Below, piece after piece: positions 23,656 to 32,000 of a DNA stretch of 32,000 bases. How positions within the stretch are numbered: the first letter of the stretch is position 1; each line of letters starts with the position of its first letter. The stretch is from NCBI RefSeq assembly GCF_000270205.1, contig NC_015913.1, positions 330,001 through 362,000 of the forward strand. The letters are read 5' to 3'. The notes under the pieces were generated by a model. It had not been told where the DNA came from and did no database searches. It saw nothing but the letters and a program-made list of their open reading frames with translations. A program made the translations under genes and the position numbers. The stretch comes from Candidatus Arthromitus sp. SFB-mouse-Japan. Lineage in GTDB: Bacteria > Bacillota > Clostridia > Clostridiales > Clostridiaceae.

Positions 23656-25165
23656 TAATATTAAATGGGCGTTGTCTTATATCACGGACGAGAGTTATTC
23701 CAAAAGCACCGAAGCCACAGAAAATTATTAATAGGTTTTGTATAATATCAAACTTAGGTGGTATATAAGATTTTATTAAATATAGTACTAATATCATCAA
23801 TATACCTAAAAGTATATAAATGATATATTTTGTTATTTCTAGTTTAATTTTAATGTTCTTTTTAATTTCTTTAACATTTAAAATTATGGATAAACATGAA
23901 TCTACTATTATTGCTATAGCGTAGCTAAATATATTTATTTTTGTAAAACCAGCTAATATATATATGATTAAAATTTCTATTATTGAACATATTAGAGAAT
24001 TTAATAATATTTTATTTTGTTTGCCTAGTCCGTTTAAAATACTGTATGTAGTTATTGAAATGAAAAATACTGGAGTTACGATACTTGCAAACCAAATATA
24101 TGATCCTAAATCAGTTCTCTTATAGAACATATATGATAATTCATCTGGTATTACAAAACATATAACCATAGTTGCAAGCCCGAGTATAAATGATATTTTT
24201 ATTACTTCTCGTATTCTCTTTTCAGCAGACTTAATTTCATTTTTGCTTATGGACTTTGATAAATCTGGAATTAATAAAGTAGAGATCGAACTTATTATTA
24301 TAAGTGGAAATAGTACAATATTTAGAGCCATACCATTGAATTTACCTATTACGGATAAGGCTTGTGTATAATTAAGACCAGATTTAATAAGTCTTCTGGG
24401 GATTATAAGTGTTGTTAATGTACTTAATAGTGTTGTAATTAAACCATTTATACATAATGGAAATGCTATTTTTAACATATCTTTTAATAATCTTCTTTTT
24501 GTAGTGGATATAGGTAGATTATTATTATATTTATTTTTAATTTTCCTATAATAAGAGTATAAAAAAACATAGCTTAGAAATTCGCCTATACAGATCGATA
24601 CATATGCTGCAGTTACTGTAGCTTCTACAGTTTTTAAATTAAATGATTTAATGACTATTATCAATACTATTATACGTATAGATTTTTCTAATATATCGAT
24701 TATAGATGGTATATTTATTTGGGATGTACCGTAGAAGTATCCCTTAAGTATATTTGATATAGAAATAAATATCATAGCAGGGCAAATTATTTTAATAGAA
24801 GTAATTATTCTTATATCTTTTATTATAAATTTGGCAATAATAGGGGCAAGAGTATATACGATTATTGCAATTATTAGTGACCATATCAGAGTAAATATCA
24901 TTGATGTTTTTATTGTTATATTAACTTTATTAAAGTACTTATTATCAAAATATATAGAAGTTAGCCTTGATATAGCAGCTAATATACCACCACACATTAG
25001 ACATATGAAAAGATTGTATATGGGCATAAGAAGACCATATAATCCTAAGGCTTCAGCACCAAGTTCTTTTGAAAGAATAATTGAGAATATAAAACCTAAT
25101 ATACCTGTTAATATATTTGAAGAGCTCAAAATAAAAGATTTTTTATAGAAATTTCTATTTTCCAA
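23651..25165 (-). CDS. MOP-superfamily flippase, SpoVB-like (stage V sporulation protein B candidate)
   Basis: 504 aa, polytopic. N-terminus ILTGILGFIFSIILSKELGAEALGLYGLLMPIYNLF. TTG start with AGGAGG 8 nt upstream. The SpoVB versus MurJ assignment of the two paralogs is not resolved. Confidence 0.7.
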   Translation of the reverse strand: MENRNFYKKSFILSSSNILTGILGFIFSIILSKELGAEALGLYGLLMPIYNLFICLMCGGILAAISRLTSIYFDNKYFNKVNITIKTSMIFTLIWSLIIAIIVYTLAPIIAKFIIKDIRIITSIKIICPAMIFISISNILKGYFYGTSQINIPSIIDILEKSIRIIVLIIVIKSFNLKTVEATVTAAYVSICIGEFLSYVFLYSYYRKIKNKYNNNLPISTTKRRLLKDMLKIAFPLCINGLITTLLSTLTTLIIPRRLIKSGLNYTQALSVIGKFNGMALNIVLFPLIIISSISTLLIPDLSKSISKNEIKSAEKRIREVIKISFILGLATMVICFVIPDELSYMFYKRTDLGSYIWFASIVTPVFFISITTYSILNGLGKQNKILLNSLICSIIEILIIYILAGFTKINIFSYAIAIIVDSCLSIILNVKEIKKNIKIKLEITKYIIYILLGILMILVLYLIKSYIPPKFDIIQNLLIIFCGFGAFGITLVRDIRQRPFNIK

Positions 25166-25488
25166 AAATTATACCTCCTTTTTACAGAATATTATATTAA
25201 AAAGGTATTATAGAAAAAAAAATTTATTCTTAATTAAATTTAGGGATAATGTTTTTGTTAAATAATCCGTAATACATATTAGGAAGAAAGTGTTAAATAA
25301 TATATTTGTGATATTACATTATGTAAATATATATTTTTAAATAAGTTATGGAGATATGTTAAGTTATTTGATATAATTTTGATAATTATTATTAGATTGT
25401 TATTTTGTATATTAAGTTAATTTAGTAAATAAAGTCGAGTTTATATATATTAGGATTAAATTCCAATAGAGTGAGAGGGGAAAGTCGT

Positions 25489-26193
25489 ATGGGTAGAGTT
25501 GAGTTAACGTATGGAAGAGCAGTTAAAAAAATAATGGGTATTACAAATCCTATAAAAAAGGTGTTAATGAAGACTCATTGCATTACACATAAATTTATAA
25601 ATAATAATTCTATACAAATATTGAATAATGAAAGTTTATATAATATCAGTATTTTTATGAAAAAATATATGAATTTTATAAATGATGGTGTTGTTTGGGC
25701 GGATCAGGATTACAAAAGTAGTAACCATTTTTATAATATAGATACGTTAAGAGGATTATATGGATTTTCTGATCTTTTAAATGAATTTAAAAAGTATTAT
25801 AGAACAGCAATGTATTATTTGGATAAAAATAAAATTGAAAAATGCATGTTTTATGTAGGGGTATGTTTACACCTTATACAGGACTCAACGGTTCCTCAAC
25901 ATGGAAGTGGAGATTTATTTAAGGAACATAGGACATTTGAACTTTGGATAATATCTAAGATATATGATGAAGATAAATTTAATATAGAATCAGGTGTTGT
26001 CAGATTTAATAGAATTGATGATTATATTGTTAAAAACATAGTATTTTCTCAAAATGTTAGTATGATTAATAAAAATATAAGTGATAGAGAGATACGGTAT
26101 ATGAATATAGCTTGTGAAATTTTGAGGAGAGCACATGAAACTACGGCTGGATTTTTAATTGATATATATGAGAAAATAAATAATGTGATTTAA
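25489..26193 (+). CDS. Zinc-dependent phospholipase C-fold family protein (no signal peptide)
   Basis: HLIQDSTVPQH has the same H-x3-D-x5-H spacing as the alpha-toxin zinc site (HYFGDIDTPYH, recalled from memory). Also WADQD and EHRTFE. The ATG at 25489 is preceded by a purine-rich RBS (GAGAGGGGA); the listed GTG at 25471 is less likely. Confidence 0.65.
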   Translation: MGRVELTYGRAVKKIMGITNPIKKVLMKTHCITHKFINNNSIQILNNESLYNISIFMKKYMNFINDGVVWADQDYKSSNHFYNIDTLRGLYGFSDLLNEFKKYYRTAMYYLDKNKIEKCMFYVGVCLHLIQDSTVPQHGSGDLFKEHRTFELWIISKIYDEDKFNIESGVVRFNRIDDYIVKNIVFSQNVSMINKNISDREIRYMNIACEILRRAHETTAGFLIDIYEKINNVI

Positions 26194-26198
26194 AAAAG

Positions 26199-26235
26199 AG
26201 ATATCCTAACATTTATTGGGATATCTTTTGTTTTG
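26199..26235 (+). terminator. Rho-independent terminator
   Basis: AGATATCC (26199-26206) pairs with GGATATCT (26219-26226), followed by TTTTGTTTTG. Confidence 0.6.
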
Positions 26236-26445
26236 TGGTACATAATAATTGTTGTATTGGATTTGTATTTTTATTTTGAGTGTTGTATTATAGTATTTAG
26301 TTACTTAAATTTACTAGATTATTTATTTAATTTTTGGGTAAAAATATATGAAAATGAATATAAAAAATTAGGAATATTAGCTTAAATTATTGTATATTTT
26401 TATTTCTATCACGATATTAATTTATAAAATTGGGGTGATAATTTT

Positions 26446-26760
26446 ATGGATATTAATGTTATACAGGAAATACAGCGTGCTGAGGAACAGGCAACTTTGA
26501 TTTTAGATAAATCTAGAGATGATAGTAAGAAAATACTTAACGATGCTTTGATTAGAGCTAACAATGAGTATAATACTATAATTGATTTAGCTAATATAGA
26601 GTATAAAAAAATATTACAAGATTATGAAAATCAAGGGAAAAATGCAGTTACAAATTTAGATAGTAAGCATCATACATTTGAAGTATCCAGTATTTCTAAT
26701 GATAAAAGAGAATTAGCTATAAATAAGATAATGCAGGAGATTATTAATTTATGGCAATAG
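26446..26760 (+). CDS. V-type ATPase small peripheral-stalk subunit (G/H-like; E. hirae NtpF position)
   Basis: 104-aa all-helical protein (IQEIQRAEEQATLILDKSRDDSKKILNDA). First gene of the operon. Its stop overlaps the subunit I start by 10 nt. Confidence 0.7.
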   Translation: MDINVIQEIQRAEEQATLILDKSRDDSKKILNDALIRANNEYNTIIDLANIEYKKILQDYENQGKNAVTNLDSKHHTFEVSSISNDKRELAINKIMQEIINLWQ

Positions 26761-28733
26761 TTAAAATGAAGAAATTTTCTTTATATTTCTTAGAGAGTGA
26801 TAAAGAAAGAATTTTAAATGAATTACAAGCATTTGGAGGATTGGAATTTAATAATTTTGATAAATGTATTGATGGTAAAGAAGATAAGAAATTATCAGAT
26901 ATATTAGGTAAATTAAGACATTTAGAGTTGGATAATCAGAATATAGCTTTTGAGCAAAACTTGAATAAATTGAAGTATTGCTTAGATGTTTTAAAACCTT
27001 ATGCGAATAAAAAATCTATGTTAAAGGTATTAACAGATGATAAATTAGAGATAGAATATCCCAAACTTGTAGAACATATGGAAAATAATAATTGGGAAAG
27101 AGTGTACAATAATTTACAGGAAATAAATAGTAGAATAGTCGAACTAGATTCTGAGTATTTAAAGTGCATGTCCGAAATAGATACAATTAAATATTGGAGA
27201 AATATAAGGGGCAATATTAAAGATTATAATAATTTAAAATATTCTACATGTTTTTTAGGTAATATTTCTAAACAATTCGAAAATGAAATAATAAATAAAT
27301 TTGAACAAGATTTTAAATATTCATTTATTGACTTAGTTCATTCTACCCAAAAGGATTCATATTTTTTGATTGTAATTCACAATGATTTTAAGGATGAAGT
27401 ATTGGAATTTTTAAAGAATAGAGGATTTAACTTTCAGACATTTCATTATAATACTAGTATTAATGAATGTTTACGTAACCTTGAAGAGAGTAAGAAAAAT
27501 ATATCAATAGAGAAAGATAGATTGAAAAAAAGTATAGAGAAGTATTCAAGTAATTATCTAGATTTGCAATATGCTTATGAATATTTTAATTCAAATAAGG
27601 AAAAAGCACATTTGTTACAAAAATTTGTGAGAAGTGATTCTGTTATAATTTCACAAGGGTATGTAGAAAGTGATAATGTGGTAAATTTAGAGAAATGTTT
27701 ATTAGATATTAAGGAACTTGATTTTTATTTGCATATTGAGGATATAAATGATGAAGATATATTGGATGTACCAGTAAAGTTAAGTAATGGTTATGTAGCA
27801 GCACCTTTTGAAGGAGTTGTAGAGATGTATAGCTATCCCATATATAGTGAAATCGATCCTTCTCCTGTAATATCTGTGTTTTTTATAGTGTTTTTTGGCA
27901 TGATGCTTGCAGATGCAGGATATGGAATTTTAATGGTGTTGATATCAATATTTTTATATATAAAGTCTAAAACTAGAGAGAAGAAAAATAGTTATAGATT
28001 ATTTATATTTTCTGGTATATCTACTACTATATGGGGTGTATTGTATGGAGCATATTTTGGTGATCTATTAGAAAGATATTTTGGAATAAATGTACCAGTA
28101 GTGCTTGATGTAAATAACGATATAATGACAATATTTTTGATTGCTATTGCATTTGGGTTTGTACATTTAGTTTTAGGTTTAATTATGAAGGCTATAGTTT
28201 ATTTTAAAAATGGGAAAATTATAGATATTTTATATGATGTTTTACCATGGTTAATGATTTTAGTAGGTGTTTTGATAATTGCATTACAAAATGTTATAAC
28301 GTTTATTGCACCTCAAATACCAGGTATTATTATTGGTTTAGGGATATTAATTTTGTTATTTACCCAAGGAAGAGATGCGGAAAGTTTGGTAGGGAAGATA
28401 GGTGGAGGAGTTTATGGAGTTTATGGAATAAGCTCATATCTAGGAGATATAATTTCATATTCCAGGTTATTAGCATTAGGATTAGCTTCTGGATTTATTG
28501 CAAATGCTTTTAATATAATGGGTGGCTTGATTCCGTTTCCATTTAATATAATAATAACTCCACTTATGTTAATACCGTTACATTTATTTAATTTGGGTAT
28601 AAATGCGTTAGGTACTTATGTACATTCGTCTAGATTGCAATACCTAGAATTTTTTGGGAAATTTTATTCAGGTGGCGGAAGAAAGTTTATGCCATTTAAG
28701 TATACAGATGAGTATATAAGAATTAAAAAATAA
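26751..28733 (+). CDS. ntpI: V-type ATP synthase subunit I (a-subunit homolog)
   Basis: 660 aa. N-terminus MAIVKMKKFSL and a long cytoplasmic coiled region. C-terminal membrane domain with SYSRLLALGLASG (essential Arg context). Confidence 0.9.
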   Translation: MAIVKMKKFSLYFLESDKERILNELQAFGGLEFNNFDKCIDGKEDKKLSDILGKLRHLELDNQNIAFEQNLNKLKYCLDVLKPYANKKSMLKVLTDDKLEIEYPKLVEHMENNNWERVYNNLQEINSRIVELDSEYLKCMSEIDTIKYWRNIRGNIKDYNNLKYSTCFLGNISKQFENEIINKFEQDFKYSFIDLVHSTQKDSYFLIVIHNDFKDEVLEFLKNRGFNFQTFHYNTSINECLRNLEESKKNISIEKDRLKKSIEKYSSNYLDLQYAYEYFNSNKEKAHLLQKFVRSDSVIISQGYVESDNVVNLEKCLLDIKELDFYLHIEDINDEDILDVPVKLSNGYVAAPFEGVVEMYSYPIYSEIDPSPVISVFFIVFFGMMLADAGYGILMVLISIFLYIKSKTREKKNSYRLFIFSGISTTIWGVLYGAYFGDLLERYFGINVPVVLDVNNDIMTIFLIAIAFGFVHLVLGLIMKAIVYFKNGKIIDILYDVLPWLMILVGVLIIALQNVITFIAPQIPGIIIGLGILILLFTQGRDAESLVGKIGGGVYGVYGISSYLGDIISYSRLLALGLASGFIANAFNIMGGLIPFPFNIIITPLMLIPLHLFNLGINALGTYVHSSRLQYLEFFGKFYSGGGRKFMPFKYTDEYIRIKK

Positions 28734-28763
28734 TAATTGTTTTAAAATAGGAGGAAAAATAAT

Positions 28764-29252
28764 ATGACATTTTCAGATTTTTTAGTACAATATGGTGGTT
28801 TAATATTAGCTTTGTTAGGAGCAGCTTTATGTGTTGGGTTATCAGGGACTGGGTCAGCTAAGGGAGTATCTATTGCAGGTCAAGCTTCAGCCGGATTATT
28901 ATCTGAAGAACCAGAGAAGTTTGGCCAAACGATATTATTAACGGCATTACCAGGAACACAAGGCTTATTTGGATTTGTTATCGCATTATTAATTTTTCTT
29001 AATTCAGGTGTTTTTAATGCTCAATTTCCACAGGTTGCGCAAGGATTTCAGTTTTTTATGGCTGGATTACCTATGGGATTAACAGGGTTATTTTCTGGAA
29101 TAGCACAAGGGAAGGTTTGTGCAGCTGCAGTACAGATATTAGCTAAAAATCCAAAGCATACAACTAAGGGTGTAATATATGCTACATTAGTTGAAACTTA
29201 TGCTGTTTTAGGTTTTGTTGCTTCATTATTTATGGTTTTATTTTTTAAATAG
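28764..29252 (+). CDS. ntpK: V-type ATP synthase subunit K (16-kDa duplicated proteolipid)
   Basis: 162 aa with four helices. ALPGTQGLFGFVIALLIF, GIAQGKV and LVETYAVLGFV closely resemble E. hirae NtpK as I recall it. Confidence 0.9.
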   Translation: MTFSDFLVQYGGLILALLGAALCVGLSGTGSAKGVSIAGQASAGLLSEEPEKFGQTILLTALPGTQGLFGFVIALLIFLNSGVFNAQFPQVAQGFQFFMAGLPMGLTGLFSGIAQGKVCAAAVQILAKNPKHTTKGVIYATLVETYAVLGFVASLFMVLFFK

Positions 29253-29271
29253 ATTTGGAGTGATTTAAAGC

Positions 29272-29850
29272 ATGTCAAATTATAAAAATTTAATTAACAG
29301 AATTATAGATGATGCTGAAATTAAAAAAAATGAAATAGTAAATAGGGCTAATGATGAAGCAAATAAAATAATAGATAATAAGATCATTGAGGCAAATAAG
29401 ATTAGGGAACAGATAATTTTTAAGGCTCATAGTGATGGGGAACAATTAAAAAATAAAATAATTTTTAAATCTGAATCTAATATTAGAAAAAGTAGATTAA
29501 ATTTTAAGAAGCAAATTTTAGATGATTTATTTATGGAATCTTTAGAAAGATTGATAAAGTTAGATAAAATCGAATTAAAAAATTATATAAGTTATACATT
29601 AAATAATTTAGATTTAGAGGGTGAATATGTACTAATAATTCCTAAAAATTATAGTAGTTATGATTTTGAAGATTTAATAAACTTTAGTAGTTATAAGTTT
29701 ACAATAACAAAAATAAAACCATCTGATATTTTGAAAGGTGGTTTTATTCTAGAAAAAGATGGTGCTCTTATAAATTATTCTTTTGAAATTATAATGGAAT
29801 TTATTAGAGAAGAAATTGAATTTGAAGTATCTAAAATTTTATTTGATTGA
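29272..29850 (+). CDS. ntpE: V-type ATP synthase subunit E
   Basis: 192 aa with a long N-terminal helix (LINRIIDDAEIKKNEIVNRANDEANKIIDNKIIEA) and a globular C-terminus. Operon position fits. Confidence 0.85.
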   Translation: MSNYKNLINRIIDDAEIKKNEIVNRANDEANKIIDNKIIEANKIREQIIFKAHSDGEQLKNKIIFKSESNIRKSRLNFKKQILDDLFMESLERLIKLDKIELKNYISYTLNNLDLEGEYVLIIPKNYSSYDFEDLINFSSYKFTITKIKPSDILKGGFILEKDGALINYSFEIIMEFIREEIEFEVSKILFD

Positions 29851-29861
29851 GGAGGTATATT

Positions 29862-30863
29862 ATGGATAAATACTCGTATTTAGATGTTATACCTAAGATC
29901 AGAGTTTATGAAAAAAATTTAATAGATAATTCAATAATGGATAGGATGTTATCATCTAATAATATAGATGAATTATTAAGATTTTTATCAGAAACTACTT
30001 ATAGTAGAAATGTAGATGGAGATATTACTCCTTTTAATTATGAAAAGGTACTTACTACTGAATTAGATAGTTTATTTACTGATATGAATAGTGTACTTAA
30101 AAATAATAATTTAATAAATATTTTCACATTAAAATATTTATATAACAATTTAAAAATAATGTTAAAAAGTAAGTTATTAGATATTGATTCATCTAATTTA
30201 ACGTTCGAGTTTAATGTTATTAATAATTTAGGTATATATGAAGCTGTATATAATGAAAATTATAAATATTTAGAGGAAAGAATTAGTAGTATTATCAAAT
30301 TATTAATGAATAATTTTAATGATAATAAAGATCTTAGTGAGATAGATATTATGTTGGATAAATTTATGTTTGAAGATTTGAAAAAAAAATCGCGTGAAAT
30401 TGGAGATAGTTTTATAATTAGTTATATAGATAAGTTAATTGATATATTTAATGTTAAAGCGTTATTTAGGATTAAAAAACTTGGATTAGATAAAAAAATA
30501 TTAGATAGAGTAATTTGTGTTTCAGGAAATATAGATTTGGAAAGAATAAAATCTCTATTTATAGAAATTAATGATAATTTATTGATAAAATTTTCGAGTA
30601 TTTATATATACAAATATATCAAAAGTGGAATTGAGAAATTTATTGATAACAATGAGGTTAGTTTGTTAGATATAGAACTAGATAATTATTTAATGAATTT
30701 CCTAAAAAAAGGTAAGATATTTACATCTGGACTATCTCCTATTGTAGGATATATCAATGCTAAGGAGATGGAAGTAAGGAATCTTAGACTTATTATAATG
30801 AGTAAAATTAATAACATTCCTTCAGAAGTTATAAGGGGGAGGTTAGTAGTAAATTATGTATAG
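29862..30863 (+). CDS. ntpC: V-type ATP synthase subunit C (d-subunit homolog)
   Basis: About 333 aa, helical. C-terminal YINAKEMEVRNLRLI. The ATG at 29862 is preceded by GAGGAGG; the listed TTG at 29847 overlaps that RBS. Confidence 0.85.
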   Translation: MDKYSYLDVIPKIRVYEKNLIDNSIMDRMLSSNNIDELLRFLSETTYSRNVDGDITPFNYEKVLTTELDSLFTDMNSVLKNNNLINIFTLKYLYNNLKIMLKSKLLDIDSSNLTFEFNVINNLGIYEAVYNENYKYLEERISSIIKLLMNNFNDNKDLSEIDIMLDKFMFEDLKKKSREIGDSFIISYIDKLIDIFNVKALFRIKKLGLDKKILDRVICVSGNIDLERIKSLFIEINDNLLIKFSSIYIYKYIKSGIEKFIDNNEVSLLDIELDNYLMNFLKKGKIFTSGLSPIVGYINAKEMEVRNLRLIIMSKINNIPSEVIRGRLVVNYV

Positions 30864-31170
30864 TATTGGGATTATAGGTGATAAAGATTCTGTATTTTCT
30901 TTTAAGGCTTTGGGTGTTGAGACTTTTTTTTGTAATGAAAGAGATACAGATGGATGTATTCAGATCATAAAAAAATTAATATCTATGAATTATGGAGTTA
31001 TATTTATTACTGAAAATATAGCTAGAGGTGTATTGGATGTAATAGATAGATACCAGAAACATTATCTTCCGGTTATAGTTCTAATACCAGGTAGTCAAGG
31101 AAGTTTAGGAATTGGTATTTCTAGATTAAATGATAACGTTGAGAAAGCTATTGGTATAAATATTTTATAG
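30856..31170 (+). CDS. V-type ATP synthase subunit F
   Basis: 104 aa. IGIIGDKDSVFSFKALGVETF...GVIFITENIA. Overlaps the upstream stop (ATGTATAG). Confidence 0.85.
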   Translation: MYSIGIIGDKDSVFSFKALGVETFFCNERDTDGCIQIIKKLISMNYGVIFITENIARGVLDVIDRYQKHYLPVIVLIPGSQGSLGIGISRLNDNVEKAIGINIL

Positions 31171-31186
31171 AAAGGAGATATAAGGT

Positions 31187-32000
31187 TTGGATAATGGTAA
31201 AATTATTAAGGTTGCTGGACCATTAGTTATTGCTGAAGGTTTAGGTAATATCAAAATTTATGATGTTGTAAAAGTTGGTAAGAGAAAATTAATAGGTGAA
31301 GTAATAGAGATTAGATATAATCAAGCGTCTATACAGGTATATGAAGAAACATCTGGTATAGGTCCTGGAGATGAAGTAATATCTACAGGAGAGCCACTTA
31401 GTGTTGAGTTAGGACCTGGATTAATAGAGTCAATGTTTGATGGTATACAAAGACCATTAGAGGAGTATATGAAAGTATCTAATTCAAGTTTTTTAGAGAG
31501 AGGTGTAGAATTATTTTCTCTAAATAGAGAAAAAGTATGGGATTTTAAGCAGAGTGTTAATGTAGGAGATAAGGTTTCTACTGGAGATGTAATAGGTACT
31601 GTACAAGAAACACCATTGATTTTACATAAAATAATGGTACCTTATAATACGACAGGTATAGTTAAGGAAATAAAGACAGGGGAATTTAATATTACAGAAA
31701 TTATATGTGTAATAAGTACAGATAATGGCGATAAAGAAATAAGCATGTTACAAAAATGGCCTGTGAGAAGAGGTAGGCCTTATGTTAAAAAATTGAAGCC
31801 AGAAGAACCCCTGATAACTGGTCAAAGAGTAATAGATACTTTTTTTCCTGTTAGCAAGGGTGGTAGTGCATCAGTTCCTGGACCTTTTGGTGCTGGGAAA
31901 ACTGTCGTTCAACATCAAATTGCTAAGTGGGGAGATTCGGATATAGTTGTATATGTAGGATGTGGTGAGAGAGGAAATGAAATGACAGATGTTCTAATGG
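31187..32000 (+). CDS. ntpA: V-type ATP synthase catalytic subunit A, N-terminal part (3' end outside the window; not in the ORF track)
   Basis: TTG start with GGAGA 8 nt upstream. Translation begins [15 protein letters not shown]...[20 protein letters not shown]. Walker [10 protein letters not shown] is near 31880. The frame is open to the window end. Confidence 0.92.
   Translation, partial: MDNGKIIKVAGPLVIAEGLGNIKIYDVVKVGKRKLIGEVIEIRYNQASIQVYEETSGIGPGDEVISTGEPLSVELGPGLIESMFDGIQRPLEEYMKVSNSSFLERGVELFSLNREKVWDFKQSVNVGDKVSTGDVIGTVQETPLILHKIMVPYNTTGIVKEIKTGEFNITEIICVISTDNGDKEISMLQKWPVRRGRPYVKKLKPEEPLITGQRVIDTFFPVSKGGSASVPGPFGAGKTVVQHQIAKWGDSDIVVYVGCGERGNEMTDVLM

Noticed and set aside
22463-25148. 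ORFs 22463-22645 (-), 22789-22980 (+, out of frame) and 24831-25148 (+), within the two flippase genes.
   Set aside because: They are embedded in long polytopic CDSs and have no translation signals.
25166-25470. A 300-bp AT-rich divergent intergenic region, examined for regulatory RNA or repeats.
   Set aside because: It contains only homopolymeric A/T runs and generic -10-like hexamers, with no structured element I can support.
26999-28513. ORFs 26999-27214 (-) and 28247-28513 (+, out of frame), within V-ATPase subunit I.
   Set aside because: They are embedded in a well-supported 660-aa gene and are chance frames.
1-32000. I scanned for mobile elements, defence islands (restriction-modification, toxin-antitoxin, CBASS, Abi-type genes), tRNA/rRNA and CRISPR arrays.
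   Set aside because: I saw no transposase, integrase or recombinase motifs, no inverted terminal repeats, no nuclease/ATPase defence-type domain combinations and no structured RNA genes. The window reads as core chromosome apart from the orphan clusters reported above.

Overview
This is a very AT-rich, gene-dense chromosomal segment from a spore-forming Firmicute, most likely a member of the Clostridia. Supporting evidence is a clostridial-type alpha/beta SASP, two SpoVB/MurJ-like flippases, a tig-clpP-clpX-engB block and an Enterococcus/Clostridium-type V-ATPase operon. I saw no rRNA, tRNA, CRISPR array, transposase, integrase or phage genes.

Layout:
- 1-2.5 kb: 3' part of an SSS symporter, a ROK kinase and MntP.
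- 2.6-5.9 kb: a Fur-family (Zur-like) regulator convergent with a zinc-type ABC importer. The importer has face-to-face divergent promoters, a His-rich binding lipoprotein and an acidic orphan ORF.
- 5.9-9.2 kb: two tandem rhomboid-fold proteins that appear to lack the catalytic Ser/His, a DUF1232-tailed protein and a small YtxH-like protein.
- 9.27-9.45 kb: an alpha/beta SASP gene (59 aa) missing from the ORF track.
- 9.8-15.9 kb: coiled-coil M23 peptidase, a membrane-anchored orphan, then tig-clpP-clpX-engB.
- 16.0-19.7 kb: a cluster of unusual Cys-rich proteins.
- 19.8-26.2 kb: M20 amidohydrolase, RluA-family pseudouridine synthase, two convergent MOP flippases and a leaderless Zn-PLC-fold protein.
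- 26.4-32.0 kb: V-ATPase operon (G/H-like, I, K, E, C, F, A-partial) whose K subunit carries Na+-type residues.

Most of the window is housekeeping. The best candidate for an undescribed system is the translationally coupled minus-strand trio at 17390-19375. It encodes a DUF5685-like protein with DDxxD and DxxxD-type Asp motifs, then an HPD-less J-domain/TPR protein ending in a 12-Cys cysteine string, then a small polytopic membrane protein. It is flanked by further Cys-rich orphan ORFs.

All family assignments come from reading motifs by eye and from memory. No searches were run.
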